Below, piece by piece: positions 19,479 through 28,236 of a stretch of DNA of 64,000 nt. Source of the DNA: Bacteroidota bacterium (GTDB lineage: Bacteria > Bacteroidota > Bacteroidia > Chitinophagales > Chitinophagaceae); NCBI GenBank assembly GCA_013286485.1, contig JABDFN010000001.1, forward strand, positions 4,867 to 68,866. The letters are read 5' to 3'. Positions within the stretch are counted from its first letter, which is position 1. Every line of letters begins with the position of its first letter. Under the pieces are notes generated by a model, which saw nothing but the letters and a program-made list of their open reading frames with translations, was not told the origin of the DNA and searched no databases. A program made the translations under genes and the position numbers.

Positions 19479-21941
19479 TTATACTTCAGTAGTTTTTTGC
19501 TTTTTTGTTGCCTGGTATATTCCGCCAAATGCTATCGCAATTATCAACAGGCTGCTAATGAGCGCTATTGTATTACCATGCTCATAGCTCTTTGGCCTGA
19601 AATGGAATTCTATCTTATGTTGCCCTGCGGGTATTTTTATGGCACGCAGTACGTAGTTGGCTTTAATAATAGGTGTTTCTTTACCATCTACATACGCTTC
19701 CCAGCCATTGTTATAATACATATCAGAGAAAACAGCAAGCCCATCTTTATTATTGCTTGAGGTAAACGAGAGATCATCAAGCCCATATTGAGCCAGTTTT
19801 ACAAATGATGTACTGTCTTTTCCAAAATTATACCCGGATAACTGGTCTTTAAAACTTGTTCTTACTATCGCAGTTTTTCGCGGATCGAAGTCGTTAGGGT
19901 TATGCCCTGTATCACCTATATTGGCGGCATTCATCATTTTCATTTCTTCATCTGCTGTGTTGGCCCATTTCACTTCGTTTACAAACCATGCATTACCACA
20001 AGCCGTAGGGTTTGGGATAACCCCTGCCGGGCCGTTTTGATTGTTGCTGGCAATAATATATTTCGTATTCAGCATATTAAGTACTTGTCCATTAAAACCA
20101 TTACTCAAGTGCACGTCTATCAGGTCTTGATATGCTTCCATTTTTGCAGGATGATAACCACCAACGCATTTAAAATAATAAGCCTGCACGCCGTCATTGT
20201 ACGGATCTCTCTGCGAAATATCCAATACCCGGAAATAAGGGTCTTTATCTTTTAGCACCGCGTTATACGCTTCCTTACAATGACGCCTGTCCAATTCATT
20301 TTCAAAATAAGTGGCATAATCAGGCAGGTCTTCATACTTATCACTACTCAGGTAATGAGCGCATACAGGTATCAGGTCAATAGCTACTACTAATCCAAGT
20401 CCTATATACAATACGTTTAGTTTGATCTTATTTTTCAGGTATGCCCATAGCAATCCGCTTGCCAGTAAAATATAGAATGCACTGAAAAGGCTGCTTTTAG
20501 TAGCAAGGCTGCCCCTGTCTTCTTTTAATATTTTTACCATTTCGGGTTGCAACCTTGCATCTTCGCCTCCGGTATAGTCAAAGAACATACTTCCCAGTGG
20601 GCCAAGTAATATGCATAACCCGATAGTTATTCCTCCTGCTATCTTTATGTTTTTCCATATCTCATTAGCATCTGTATCCTTTTTGTCAATGATCTGCTGC
20701 ACACACCATATTGCCATGACAGGGAATAGCATTTGCGGCAGTACCAGTATCATAGCAGGAGTTCTGAACTTATTTAACATGGGTAAATGATCGAAAAGAA
20801 AATAATTGAACGACGCAAAATTTTTCCCGAATGACATCAATACTGCTAATGCGCAAACAGCAAGCATCCACCACTTATGTGGGCTTCTGATGACCAAAAT
20901 GCTCAATACAAAAAGAAAACAAATAACTGCTCCAAAGTATACGGTCCCTTGCACAAATGGTTGCGGTCCCCAGTACAATGGTAAATGTTCGGTCATATTA
21001 GTAGCCTCTGCTGTCTTAGGCGCCTTGTCTGCATCTTCATCAACAGAGCCGCCAAATAAATATGGGACCATGAGCGTAAATGTTTCTCCGAAACTATTAC
21101 TCCATCTAAAGGCATATTCTTTATCCAGCCCGCCACTTTTTTTAGCATCATGTACAGACAATTCACTCTGACCTCCCCGCATCGTTTCTTTGGCATACTC
21201 TTGTGTGGTAAGAATAGAGGCCATGTTAGTTGCAGCACCCAAACAACCTGCAGCAATACTCACAACAACAGCAATAAAGAAGGTGGCTATTTTTTTCTCT
21301 TTTACAGCAGCATACAACATACCTATACCCGCAATAACCAGTAGAATAAGTGTGTAGTATATTACCTGGAAGTGATTGTTCGCAGCCATTAACGATAATG
21401 ACACAGCAAACAGGGCTGCCCCCGGTAGCAATCTTCCACGGTATATAAGAAAGAAACCTGCTAAAACCGCCGGCAGGTAGCCTAAAGACAACATCTGTGT
21501 CTCATGCCCCACCATTACAATTACTGCGTTAAACGAAGAGAATGCATATGCCAAACCGCCAATAGCGCTCAACCATCTGTTTACATGCAGCACCCGCATT
21601 AAAATATAAAAAGCCAGCATGGCTATAAAAAAGAAATACGCCGGCTTACCTATTGCTTGTAAAATGCTTTGTATATATGAAACATAATCGTGCCCTGAAG
21701 CAGCCACATAAATAGTGTAGCTGGGCATACCGCCAAATATACAATTGGTCCACAATACATCTTTCCCTGTAGAATCGTGGTATGCCATACCCTCTCTTGC
21801 CATACCCTGCCAGTTTATATTATCCCCCTGCACCAGTTTTTTACCTTGTAACTGCGGATAACAAAATAAAAGAGATACTATAGCGAACCCAACAATGATG
21901 AGCAGATCTATACGTATTTTCTTAAAATCAAATGATTGCAT
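19479..21941 (-). CDS. YfhO family membrane protein (GT-C-type glycosyltransferase-like)
   Basis: 820 aa, N-terminal multi-TM domain plus a C-terminal globular part and a final TM. The N-terminus has the YfhO pattern FCYPQLQGKKLVQGDNINWQGMAREGMAYH. Confidence 0.75.
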   Translation of the reverse strand: MQSFDFKKIRIDLLIIVGFAIVSLLFCYPQLQGKKLVQGDNINWQGMAREGMAYHDSTGKDVLWTNCIFGGMPSYTIYVAASGHDYVSYIQSILQAIGKPAYFFFIAMLAFYILMRVLHVNRWLSAIGGLAYAFSSFNAVIVMVGHETQMLSLGYLPAVLAGFFLIYRGRLLPGAALFAVSLSLMAANNHFQVIYYTLILLVIAGIGMLYAAVKEKKIATFFIAVVVSIAAGCLGAATNMASILTTQEYAKETMRGGQSELSVHDAKKSGGLDKEYAFRWSNSFGETFTLMVPYLFGGSVDEDADKAPKTAEATNMTEHLPLYWGPQPFVQGTVYFGAVICFLFVLSILVIRSPHKWWMLAVCALAVLMSFGKNFASFNYFLFDHLPMLNKFRTPAMILVLPQMLFPVMAIWCVQQIIDKKDTDANEIWKNIKIAGGITIGLCILLGPLGSMFFDYTGGEDARLQPEMVKILKEDRGSLATKSSLFSAFYILLASGLLWAYLKNKIKLNVLYIGLGLVVAIDLIPVCAHYLSSDKYEDLPDYATYFENELDRRHCKEAYNAVLKDKDPYFRVLDISQRDPYNDGVQAYYFKCVGGYHPAKMEAYQDLIDVHLSNGFNGQVLNMLNTKYIIASNNQNGPAGVIPNPTACGNAWFVNEVKWANTADEEMKMMNAANIGDTGHNPNDFDPRKTAIVRTSFKDQLSGYNFGKDSTSFVKLAQYGLDDLSFTSSNNKDGLAVFSDMYYNNGWEAYVDGKETPIIKANYVLRAIKIPAGQHKIEFHFRPKSYEHGNTIALISSLLIIAIAFGGIYQATKKQKTTEV

Positions 21942-22034
21942 AATTGGCTTTTTAGGAAAAACAAAAATAACAGTTCTAACGACTAATTCATCTTTTAGAT
22001 TGTTATTAGAAATAAAATATATTCCTCCTATATC

Positions 22035-22712
22035 TTACGTTAAATGAGGTGCCAGGCCATACTTAATTGCAAATAAAACAAGACCCGTTTTTGACTTAAC
22101 ATTGAACTTTTCAAATAATGCCTCCCTGTACCCGTCTACGGTGCGGCGATGTACACCTATAATATCAGCTATCTGATCGTACGTGTATTCTTTTTCATCA
22201 CATACTAATTGCAAAAACTGTCTTTCCCTGTCGGTTATATTAGATAGTATTTTCTTTTTCCTGTCGTCTTCAGTTTCTTTCATCCCGCTATGCATAGCGT
22301 TTATCATAAACTCATTATGATAATAGCCGGAAAATATAATATCATCTATTGCTTGCTTTAACTCTTGTGCCGAGCAGGTTTTTGATATATAACCGCGCAC
22401 TCCCAATCTGAACAATTCAATAATTGTTCTCTCAGAAGTATCAAGAGTTAAAATGAGTACAGGGTAAGAAATGCAGTTTTCAACAAACCACTCCATTGTT
22501 TTTTTACCATCCATTTGCGGCATTGCCAGGTCCATGATAATCAGATGTGGCTCTGTCTTCAAAGGAATATTATCTACCAGGAACTTGCCATTATCAAATT
22601 CACTTTCAATTGTGTAGCCGCCCATACTTTCTATCAATGTCCTCAGCCCTTTGCGGACGATTGTATGGTCATCAACTAATATGATTGATACAGGATCAGG
22701 CATGAAATACAA
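22035..22712 (-). CDS. NarL/LuxR-family response regulator
   Basis: REC domain (ILVDDH...DLAMPQMDG) plus a C-terminal LuxR helix-turn-helix (TDRERQFLQLVCDEKEYTYDQIADIIGVHRRTVDGYR). Confidence 0.9.
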   Translation of the reverse strand: MYFMPDPVSIILVDDHTIVRKGLRTLIESMGGYTIESEFDNGKFLVDNIPLKTEPHLIIMDLAMPQMDGKKTMEWFVENCISYPVLILTLDTSERTIIELFRLGVRGYISKTCSAQELKQAIDDIIFSGYYHNEFMINAMHSGMKETEDDRKKKILSNITDRERQFLQLVCDEKEYTYDQIADIIGVHRRTVDGYREALFEKFNVKSKTGLVLFAIKYGLAPHLT

Positions 22713-22715
22713 TAA

Positions 22716-23477
22716 TTATCCCTTCTTTATTTTCAGGATAAATGTACTACCTTTTCCTTTTGCTGCGATCATTTCAAAATCTATATGCGATAGGGACGCA
22801 CGCTTTTCCATATTTCTTAACCCCGAACCCTTACCTGTAGCTTTTATCTCGTCTGTATCAAATCCATTCCCATCATCTTTTACAGTAAGATAAAAACCAT
22901 CACTGCCTTTCAGTTCTATATAAATATTCTCAGCGCCCGAATGCTTTAAAGCATTATTTATGATCTCCTGGAACATTCTGAACACCATAACACGCTGATC
23001 TTTTTCCAGCTTTGGCTCCAAATTATCATGATTCCAATGGATTTTTAACCTATCTAATTGTCTAAGCCTGCTCACTTCATTATTAATAATCCCAGTTAGT
23101 CCGTTCTGTTCCAGCCATTCATTATTCAGGCTGCGGCCCAGCATGCGCACCTGCTGAATAGTATCCTGCAATGTACCCGACATGGGGTTTATTACCTCAG
23201 GTTTTTGCAGTTTTTCCTGCTCCATTTGCATATGCATCACTGTAAGTAATTGTCCGATATTATCATGCAATTCCCTCGATACATTCAGCAACACCTCTTC
23301 CTGCACCTCTTGTTCTACAGTTCGCAATTCTTTTTCATAATCCACCTGCATTTGGGCTATAGATATTTGTTGTTGTGTATGTCGCCTGTTCGCAATAAAT
23401 ATTACTATAACTACACCGGCTATAAGTAGCAATATCAATAATGTTGTTAGAATTATGGTTGCCAGTATATCATTCAT
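22716..23477 (-). CDS. sensor histidine kinase (single TM, HisKA_3 + HATPase_c)
   Basis: 253 aa with an N-terminal TM, a coiled segment, the H-box SRELHDNIGQLL, and N/G boxes (IINNALKHSG, DDGNGF, GSGLRNM). Confidence 0.9.
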   Translation of the reverse strand: MNDILATIILTTLLILLLIAGVVIVIFIANRRHTQQQISIAQMQVDYEKELRTVEQEVQEEVLLNVSRELHDNIGQLLTVMHMQMEQEKLQKPEVINPMSGTLQDTIQQVRMLGRSLNNEWLEQNGLTGIINNEVSRLRQLDRLKIHWNHDNLEPKLEKDQRVMVFRMFQEIINNALKHSGAENIYIELKGSDGFYLTVKDDGNGFDTDEIKATGKGSGLRNMEKRASLSHIDFEMIAAKGKGSTFILKIKKG

Positions 23478-23478
23478 A

Positions 23479-24126
23479 TCAGTTTCCTGTTTGGGTTATC
23501 CTGTCATATTTCTTAGCTGCAATTATAAAACATACGCCTATTAGGGGGTATCTTAAAAAATTGAGCACCCTGTTTATATTCATTAATTTTTTTGCAATTA
23601 CATATTCGTGAGCAATCAAATAATTATATAAGCCAAAGTATGGAAGACAGCACCCGAAATATAAGATCACAGATATGCTCAACCAGAATACAGGCTCTTT
23701 CAATATCTTTTTAGTAAATAACAACTTACTATACAGTAACCATATGTATAACAGTGCAAGTACTATACAACTGCCGGTAAAAAATAAACTCGCCAGGTGA
23801 TGAATACCATATACATACACTTCAATACTCCAGAATATGCACATGATCGCTACCAGGTAATAGGCAATGCTTGCATACTTTACTTTACCCAATAGCAAGC
23901 CGGCTACTGTACCTGTCAATATAAGATCTGAAAGATTGTAAATATTAAATACCCATGCATTATGCACTGAATACTTGGCAAGTTGCCTGCCATATAGTTC
24001 TGCACTTATAGCCAGCACAACCTGTAGTAAAATAAGCCTGTATGCCAGTGGCAATTTCCTCAGGTAAATGAAGCCAATTATTATAGCAAATATTTTACCC
24101 GGCAACGCCCAAAGCAAATAATACAT
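23479..24126 (-). CDS. 6-TM membrane protein, probable detached sensor module of the adjacent kinase
   Basis: 215 aa, six hydrophobic helices. Its TGA stop is separated from the kinase ATG by one nucleotide (TGAtATG). Confidence 0.6.
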   Translation of the reverse strand: MYYLLWALPGKIFAIIIGFIYLRKLPLAYRLILLQVVLAISAELYGRQLAKYSVHNAWVFNIYNLSDLILTGTVAGLLLGKVKYASIAYYLVAIMCIFWSIEVYVYGIHHLASLFFTGSCIVLALLYIWLLYSKLLFTKKILKEPVFWLSISVILYFGCCLPYFGLYNYLIAHEYVIAKKLMNINRVLNFLRYPLIGVCFIIAAKKYDRITQTGN

Positions 24127-24201
24127 CTTAAACCCTAACTATTTAGTGCAAGATATAAAAGCAGTTGCATTTAATAACTTATAGTGTATGAAAGTATATA
24201 C

Positions 24202-24990
24202 CTATCCAGCAGGATCTATATACACACCACAATTTGTTGGGCAAAGTGTGCCCATATCGCAGCCTTTGTTTTCAAATAGCACGATATAAGTATTATCATC
24301 CAGCATATCCTCACCTTCTGAATTTTGAAGGTATAATACCAAACCATGCGGCCATATTTCTAATTGGCTGCCATCACTTTTTTTAACGTAAGAGCAAGCT
24401 CCAAAACATATCTTGGCAGCTGTCGGCGAGCCGTTGTCTATATACATCTGCCATATCTCATTTTGCCAGGGAAAAGTATCTGTTCTTGCAAATTCAATTC
24501 CCCCATCTCCTGCCAATTGTTGCAGTTGTGTCACATCACACTGGTTGCCATAATCGCAATAGTAAAAATTGGTCAGGTACATTATATCATCCAGGTTGGT
24601 ATCTGCAGTGGGCACCATACCTGCATCACTTACCTGGTACCATGCACATGGGGTATCTACCAGCGTATAGGTATTATTATTAGGTGGTGGCTGCTGTATC
24701 ATGGTCAATAGCTGCACACGCAAAAAGAGCTCTGTAGAATCTATACTATAGCAATACACAAAACGCAGAGCTACCATACCGGGGTCAAGGCTATACTGAG
24801 CACAAAAAGTATTTACCGAATTGTTCAGCTCGTCCCAGGGTATTGCTATATCCTGGCCACCAAACACACTATTACACCCTTCTAAAAAATAGTGGTTTCT
24901 AAAATTCTGGCGACCTGTCTCATAGCTGGTCAGGTCTATTACCTGCGGATCGTCGCTTGTATCTGTTTGTTGTTGTAATCTTACCGGCAT
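24202..24990 (-). CDS. hypothetical acidic Cys-rich protein (11 Cys), no family recognised
   Basis: 262 aa ORF with no signal peptide or TM. Cys spacings are CDYGNQC, CFGAC and CDMGTLCPTNC. It is co-directional with the genes below, 75 nt upstream of the 6-TM gene. Confidence 0.6.
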   Translation of the reverse strand: MPVRLQQQTDTSDDPQVIDLTSYETGRQNFRNHYFLEGCNSVFGGQDIAIPWDELNNSVNTFCAQYSLDPGMVALRFVYCYSIDSTELFLRVQLLTMIQQPPPNNNTYTLVDTPCAWYQVSDAGMVPTADTNLDDIMYLTNFYYCDYGNQCDVTQLQQLAGDGGIEFARTDTFPWQNEIWQMYIDNGSPTAAKICFGACSYVKKSDGSQLEIWPHGLVLYLQNSEGEDMLDDNTYIVLFENKGCDMGTLCPTNCGVYIDPAG

Positions 24991-25050
24991 ATGTGTATGT
25001 TTTAAAACAAGTTACATACAAATATATCAAACATGCAAGTTTTTCCACCC

Positions 25051-25087
25051 CGTGAAAAATACCCTCCCTTTCTTACACTTTTTCACG
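25051..25087. promoter_or_regulatory. 9-bp perfect inverted repeat CGTGAAAAA-N19-TTTTTCACG in a divergent promoter region
   Basis: Arms at 25051-25059 and 25079-25087, between the divergent starts at 24990 and 25192. Confidence 0.35.
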
Positions 25088-25191
25088 TTGATAGAAGACT
25101 ATAATAACAAGACTTTTGTGTCAGGCTATCCTTATCACTATGAAAAACATTAATTATAACATAACATTAAACTAAAAGCGTGAATTGAGGT

Positions 25192-25722
25192 ATGATAATT
25201 ATAAAGTATACCGGTAAGCGCAATAATATACAGATAGCTGTAGAAAAAGCAAACCGCCTGCTGCGCAGCAGGGAGTTTTATGAAAGAATAAGCCTTCATC
25301 CCTTTTTCGACAATACTGATGTAGCACCTTATATAATTGCAAATCTCATAAAAAAAACGACCATAAAAATGAACATAAGATTTTATTATTCCCAGCCACG
25401 CAGCAAAGCACATAGCTTTGACGATAGCATCAATCCGCGAAATATACAGGTAAACGTTTGGACCATGGAACGCTCTGTTCCCAGTCTCTGTGACACCATG
25501 CTACATGCATGTGTGCATGCGGTGAATGCAGAGAACCCAAAATACAACTTTGGACATACAGGCATCAATGAAAATGATGCAGCAAATACGGCACCTTATT
25601 GGATCGGTAACCTGGCACAAAAAATGATATCCGGTGATGAAGCTATAGATGAGATAAGCCTCCATGAAGAGAATACGGAGATGTTTAAAATATTTGAATG
25701 TATGGTGCTACCTGTAAGTTGA
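25192..25722 (+). CDS. hypothetical protein, no family recognised
   Basis: 176 aa ORF with its own strong terminator. The only motif-like element is HACVH (HxxxH), followed by FGHTG. Confidence 0.55.
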   Translation: MIIIKYTGKRNNIQIAVEKANRLLRSREFYERISLHPFFDNTDVAPYIIANLIKKTTIKMNIRFYYSQPRSKAHSFDDSINPRNIQVNVWTMERSVPSLCDTMLHACVHAVNAENPKYNFGHTGINENDAANTAPYWIGNLAQKMISGDEAIDEISLHEENTEMFKIFECMVLPVS

Positions 25723-25750
25723 AGAAGAGGATAAGGGGGTACTTTCATTG

Positions 25751-25773
25751 GGGGCTGCAAAGCCCCTTTTTTT
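25751..25773 (+). terminator. intrinsic terminator (GGGGCT gcaa AGCCCC + T7)
   Basis: 6-bp GC-rich stem followed directly by TTTTTTT, 29 nt after the 25722 stop. Confidence 0.75.
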
Positions 25774-25812
25774 ATTACATTAAACTACCAAAGAGTTTTT
25801 CTTAGTAACCAA

Positions 25813-26304
25813 CTAACTTTTAGGTACCTTTTTGCTCATATCTATATTATGTACTGTAGCTATTTGTTTGCTCAACCCCTCAGCCCAGTTTACGAGGGCT
25901 GTTTTATCATCTTCATTTAGTATGGCATCTCTATGTATCCAGGTATAGCTATTCAGCGGCATTCCACCCTCCTTTACTTCTTTGGCAACTTTATGCAGTT
26001 TTTTTGCCTGTTTTGCAAAACTGTAATTACCAAACTCACTAAAGTTTAGCTCACCTTTGCCTTTTTTTATATGATTATTTAGCCACCAACCCACAGGTTG
26101 TATATTATTATACCATGGGTAACGTGTAGTATTGCTATGGCAATCGTAGCAGGCTTTTTCTAAAATACTTACAACATTTACCGGAACTGGATATTGTTTG
26201 CCTATGCCATAAGTACCTGGTATTTCCATTCTGTTTTTCGCTGGTCTTATAAACTGCAATACAATTATTATTACCAACAGGCCTATAAATATTTTCTTTA
26301 GCAT
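25813..26304 (-). CDS. haem-binding domain protein (cytochrome-like, single CxxCH)
   Basis: 163 aa with an N-terminal TM/signal anchor. The context CYDCHSNTTRYPWYNNIQPVGWW is typical of the Haem_bd family. Confidence 0.8.
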   Translation of the reverse strand: MLKKIFIGLLVIIIVLQFIRPAKNRMEIPGTYGIGKQYPVPVNVVSILEKACYDCHSNTTRYPWYNNIQPVGWWLNNHIKKGKGELNFSEFGNYSFAKQAKKLHKVAKEVKEGGMPLNSYTWIHRDAILNEDDKTALVNWAEGLSKQIATVHNIDMSKKVPKS

Positions 26305-26907
26305 AACGGTGAATTATCAATAAAAATACAAATGGTTTAATAAGTAGGTATTAAATATAGGGATAAGAAAACAACATACTATTTTCCCACACGCTGCTTA
26401 GTCTCATGGCTACGTCGTAGAGGGGCATGCAAAAAAGGTAACCCAAACTTGCGATAATATTTTTCCTATTAGCAATAACCTAATTGATATGCTAAAACAA
26501 ATATTTGTTTTCGGGTACCCCCATTTCGTATCTTTGAACCTGCTGGTATACATATTTAAAATATCATTATCCGGCAAAGCTCCCGTCTTCTTTTCCGTAT
26601 TGGGAGAAACAAATTAGCCAATTACCAAATGTGACAGGATGCGACATTTGGAAAGTTTTCAAAATCTATTAACTACTTAATTTTCAATCACTTATAAACT
26701 TAACCCTCACAAAAGCAATTATTTCATCCCTGGGACATTTCAAGGTCTGCAAGTCCGAATATTGGGTACTGCAGGAAACCCTTTCCACTTCCGCTTTTTT
26801 CTCCGGATAGGAAGCAAAATCACTTAAACCCTTACCAGTCAACCATATTACATATTTTATATGTGGAAGAAAGCGGAAGTGAGCGGAAGCAAATGAAACA
26901 TTTCTAT

Positions 26908-26960
26908 TGTGGTTCCGTAGGAACTCGAACCCTAGACCCGACAGATGAAATTCGGCCATT
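26908..26960 (-). other. degenerate tRNA-like 3' fragment (T-arm + 3' acceptor strand only)
   Basis: The minus strand reads ...GGGTC TAGGG TTCGAGT TCCTA CGGAACC A CAA. That is a 5-bp T-stem (the G53-C61 pair replaced by G-T), a canonical TTCGAGT loop, a 7-nt acceptor strand and a discriminator. No matching 5' acceptor strand GGTTCCG, D-arm or clean anticodon arm lies upstream. Confidence 0.35.
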
Positions 26961-27014
26961 AACAAATGTCAAATTATTTTTAACTTTTGACTTTTTACTT
27001 TCTACTTTTTGCGC

Positions 27015-27022
27015 TACCTTTG
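27015..27022 (+). promoter_or_regulatory. -7 promoter box TACCTTTG upstream of rpsL
   Basis: TAnnTTTG match 34 nt upstream of the rpsL ATG. Confidence 0.5.
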
Positions 27023-27055
27023 CACTCCATTTAAAAATTATATTAAAGGTCAGGA

Positions 27056-27454
27056 ATGCCTACAATTCAACAATTAGTTCGTAAAGGTCGTCAGCAGATA
27101 CGCGCCAAGTCAAAGTCTCGTGCTTTGGATGCTTGCCCTCAACGTCGCGGTGTTTGTACCCGTGTGTACACAACTACCCCTAAAAAACCAAACTCAGCCC
27201 TGCGTAAAGTGGCTAAAGTGCGCCTTACCAATAAGGTAGAGGTGATAGCTTATATACCAGGTGAAGGTCATAATTTACAGGAGCACTCTATCGTATTGAT
27301 ACGCGGTGGCCGTGTGAAGGATTTACCAGGTGTGCGTTACCACATTGTTCGCGGCGCGCTGGATACAGCAGGCGTAAAAGACCGCAAACAAAGCCGCAGT
27401 AAATACGGTACTAAACGTGAAAAAGCTAAGGGCGGAGCCGCAGCTAAAAAATAA
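27056..27454 (+). CDS. rpsL: 30S ribosomal protein S12
   Basis: [12 protein letters not shown]...[10 protein letters not shown] signature. It is 132 aa with a short basic C-terminal tail. Confidence 0.98.
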   Translation: MPTIQQLVRKGRQQIRAKSKSRALDACPQRRGVCTRVYTTTPKKPNSALRKVAKVRLTNKVEVIAYIPGEGHNLQEHSIVLIRGGRVKDLPGVRYHIVRGALDTAGVKDRKQSRSKYGTKREKAKGGAAAKK

Positions 27455-27485
27455 CTTAAATAATATTCGCTATTCATAATAAACA

Positions 27486-27953
27486 ATGAGAAAAGCACAA
27501 GCAAAAAAAATTCCGTTAGCACCGGATCCAAAGTTTAAAGACAAGAACGTAACCCGTTTCGTAAACTGCCTGATGGAAGGTGGTAATAAAACAACTGTAC
27601 TCAGCGCATTCTACGATGCATTGGATAAGGTTGCAAAGATCAGCTCTGAAGACGGGTACGAAGTGTGGAAAAAAGCGTTGCAGAACGTTACACCAAGTGT
27701 AGAAGTTCGCAGCCGCCGTATTGGTGGTGCCACTTTCCAGATACCAACAGAAGTTCGCCCCGATCGTAAAATATCTTTGAGCATGAAATGGCTCATACGC
27801 TATAGCCGCGAACGCAATGGTAAATCTATAAGCGATAAACTGGCTAACGAAATAGTAGCAGCAGCAAAAGGTGAGGGTGCCGCTTATAAAAAGAAAGAAG
27901 ATACACACCGCATGGCAGAAGCTAATAAAGCATTCAGCCACTTTAAAATATAG
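27486..27953 (+). CDS. rpsG: 30S ribosomal protein S7
   Basis: 155 aa with [17 protein letters not shown]...[16 protein letters not shown], a canonical S7 sequence. Confidence 0.98.
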   Translation: MRKAQAKKIPLAPDPKFKDKNVTRFVNCLMEGGNKTTVLSAFYDALDKVAKISSEDGYEVWKKALQNVTPSVEVRSRRIGGATFQIPTEVRPDRKISLSMKWLIRYSRERNGKSISDKLANEIVAAAKGEGAAYKKKEDTHRMAEANKAFSHFKI

Positions 27954-27974
27954 TATACTTGTAACTCTATATAG

Positions 27975-28003
27975 AAAGTCCCCTTGGTAACGAGGGGACT
28001 TTT
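27975..28003 (+). terminator. intrinsic terminator directly after rpsG
   Basis: AAAGTCCCCT tggtaacg AGGGGACTTT hairpin, 22 nt after the stop. A second small hairpin CCGCA/TGCGG plus T6 lies at 28017-28038. Confidence 0.7.
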
Positions 28004-28195
28004 AAAATTAAGTGGTCCGCACAGTTCTGCGGTTTTTTCAGCGAGTTTCCCCGAGTATCTGCGGGAGATACTTTAAACTTAACCACATTTTCTATCCTAA
28101 AACAGGCTCAAACTCTTTCCTGTAAACTCTTCTGATAATAATCAAAATGTGAATATCTTCTTGAAAAAAGACATATTACGTAGTAGTTTTTCCAT

Positions 28196-28203
28196 TATTT
28201 TTG
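28196..28203 (+). promoter_or_regulatory. -7 promoter box TATTTTTG upstream of recA
   Basis: TAnnTTTG match 34 nt upstream of ATG 28237. Confidence 0.4.
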
Positions 28204-28236
28204 ACAAAATATTCTAATCATTTAAATAACGGAAAA

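Noticed and set aside
26684-27084. ORFs 26684-26965 (-) and 26863-27084 (+) in the long spacer before rpsL.
   Set aside because: They have no recognisable motifs. The plus-strand ORF runs across the rpsL promoter box into rpsL in another frame, and the minus-strand ORF spans the tRNA-like fragment. I treat the tract as non-coding.
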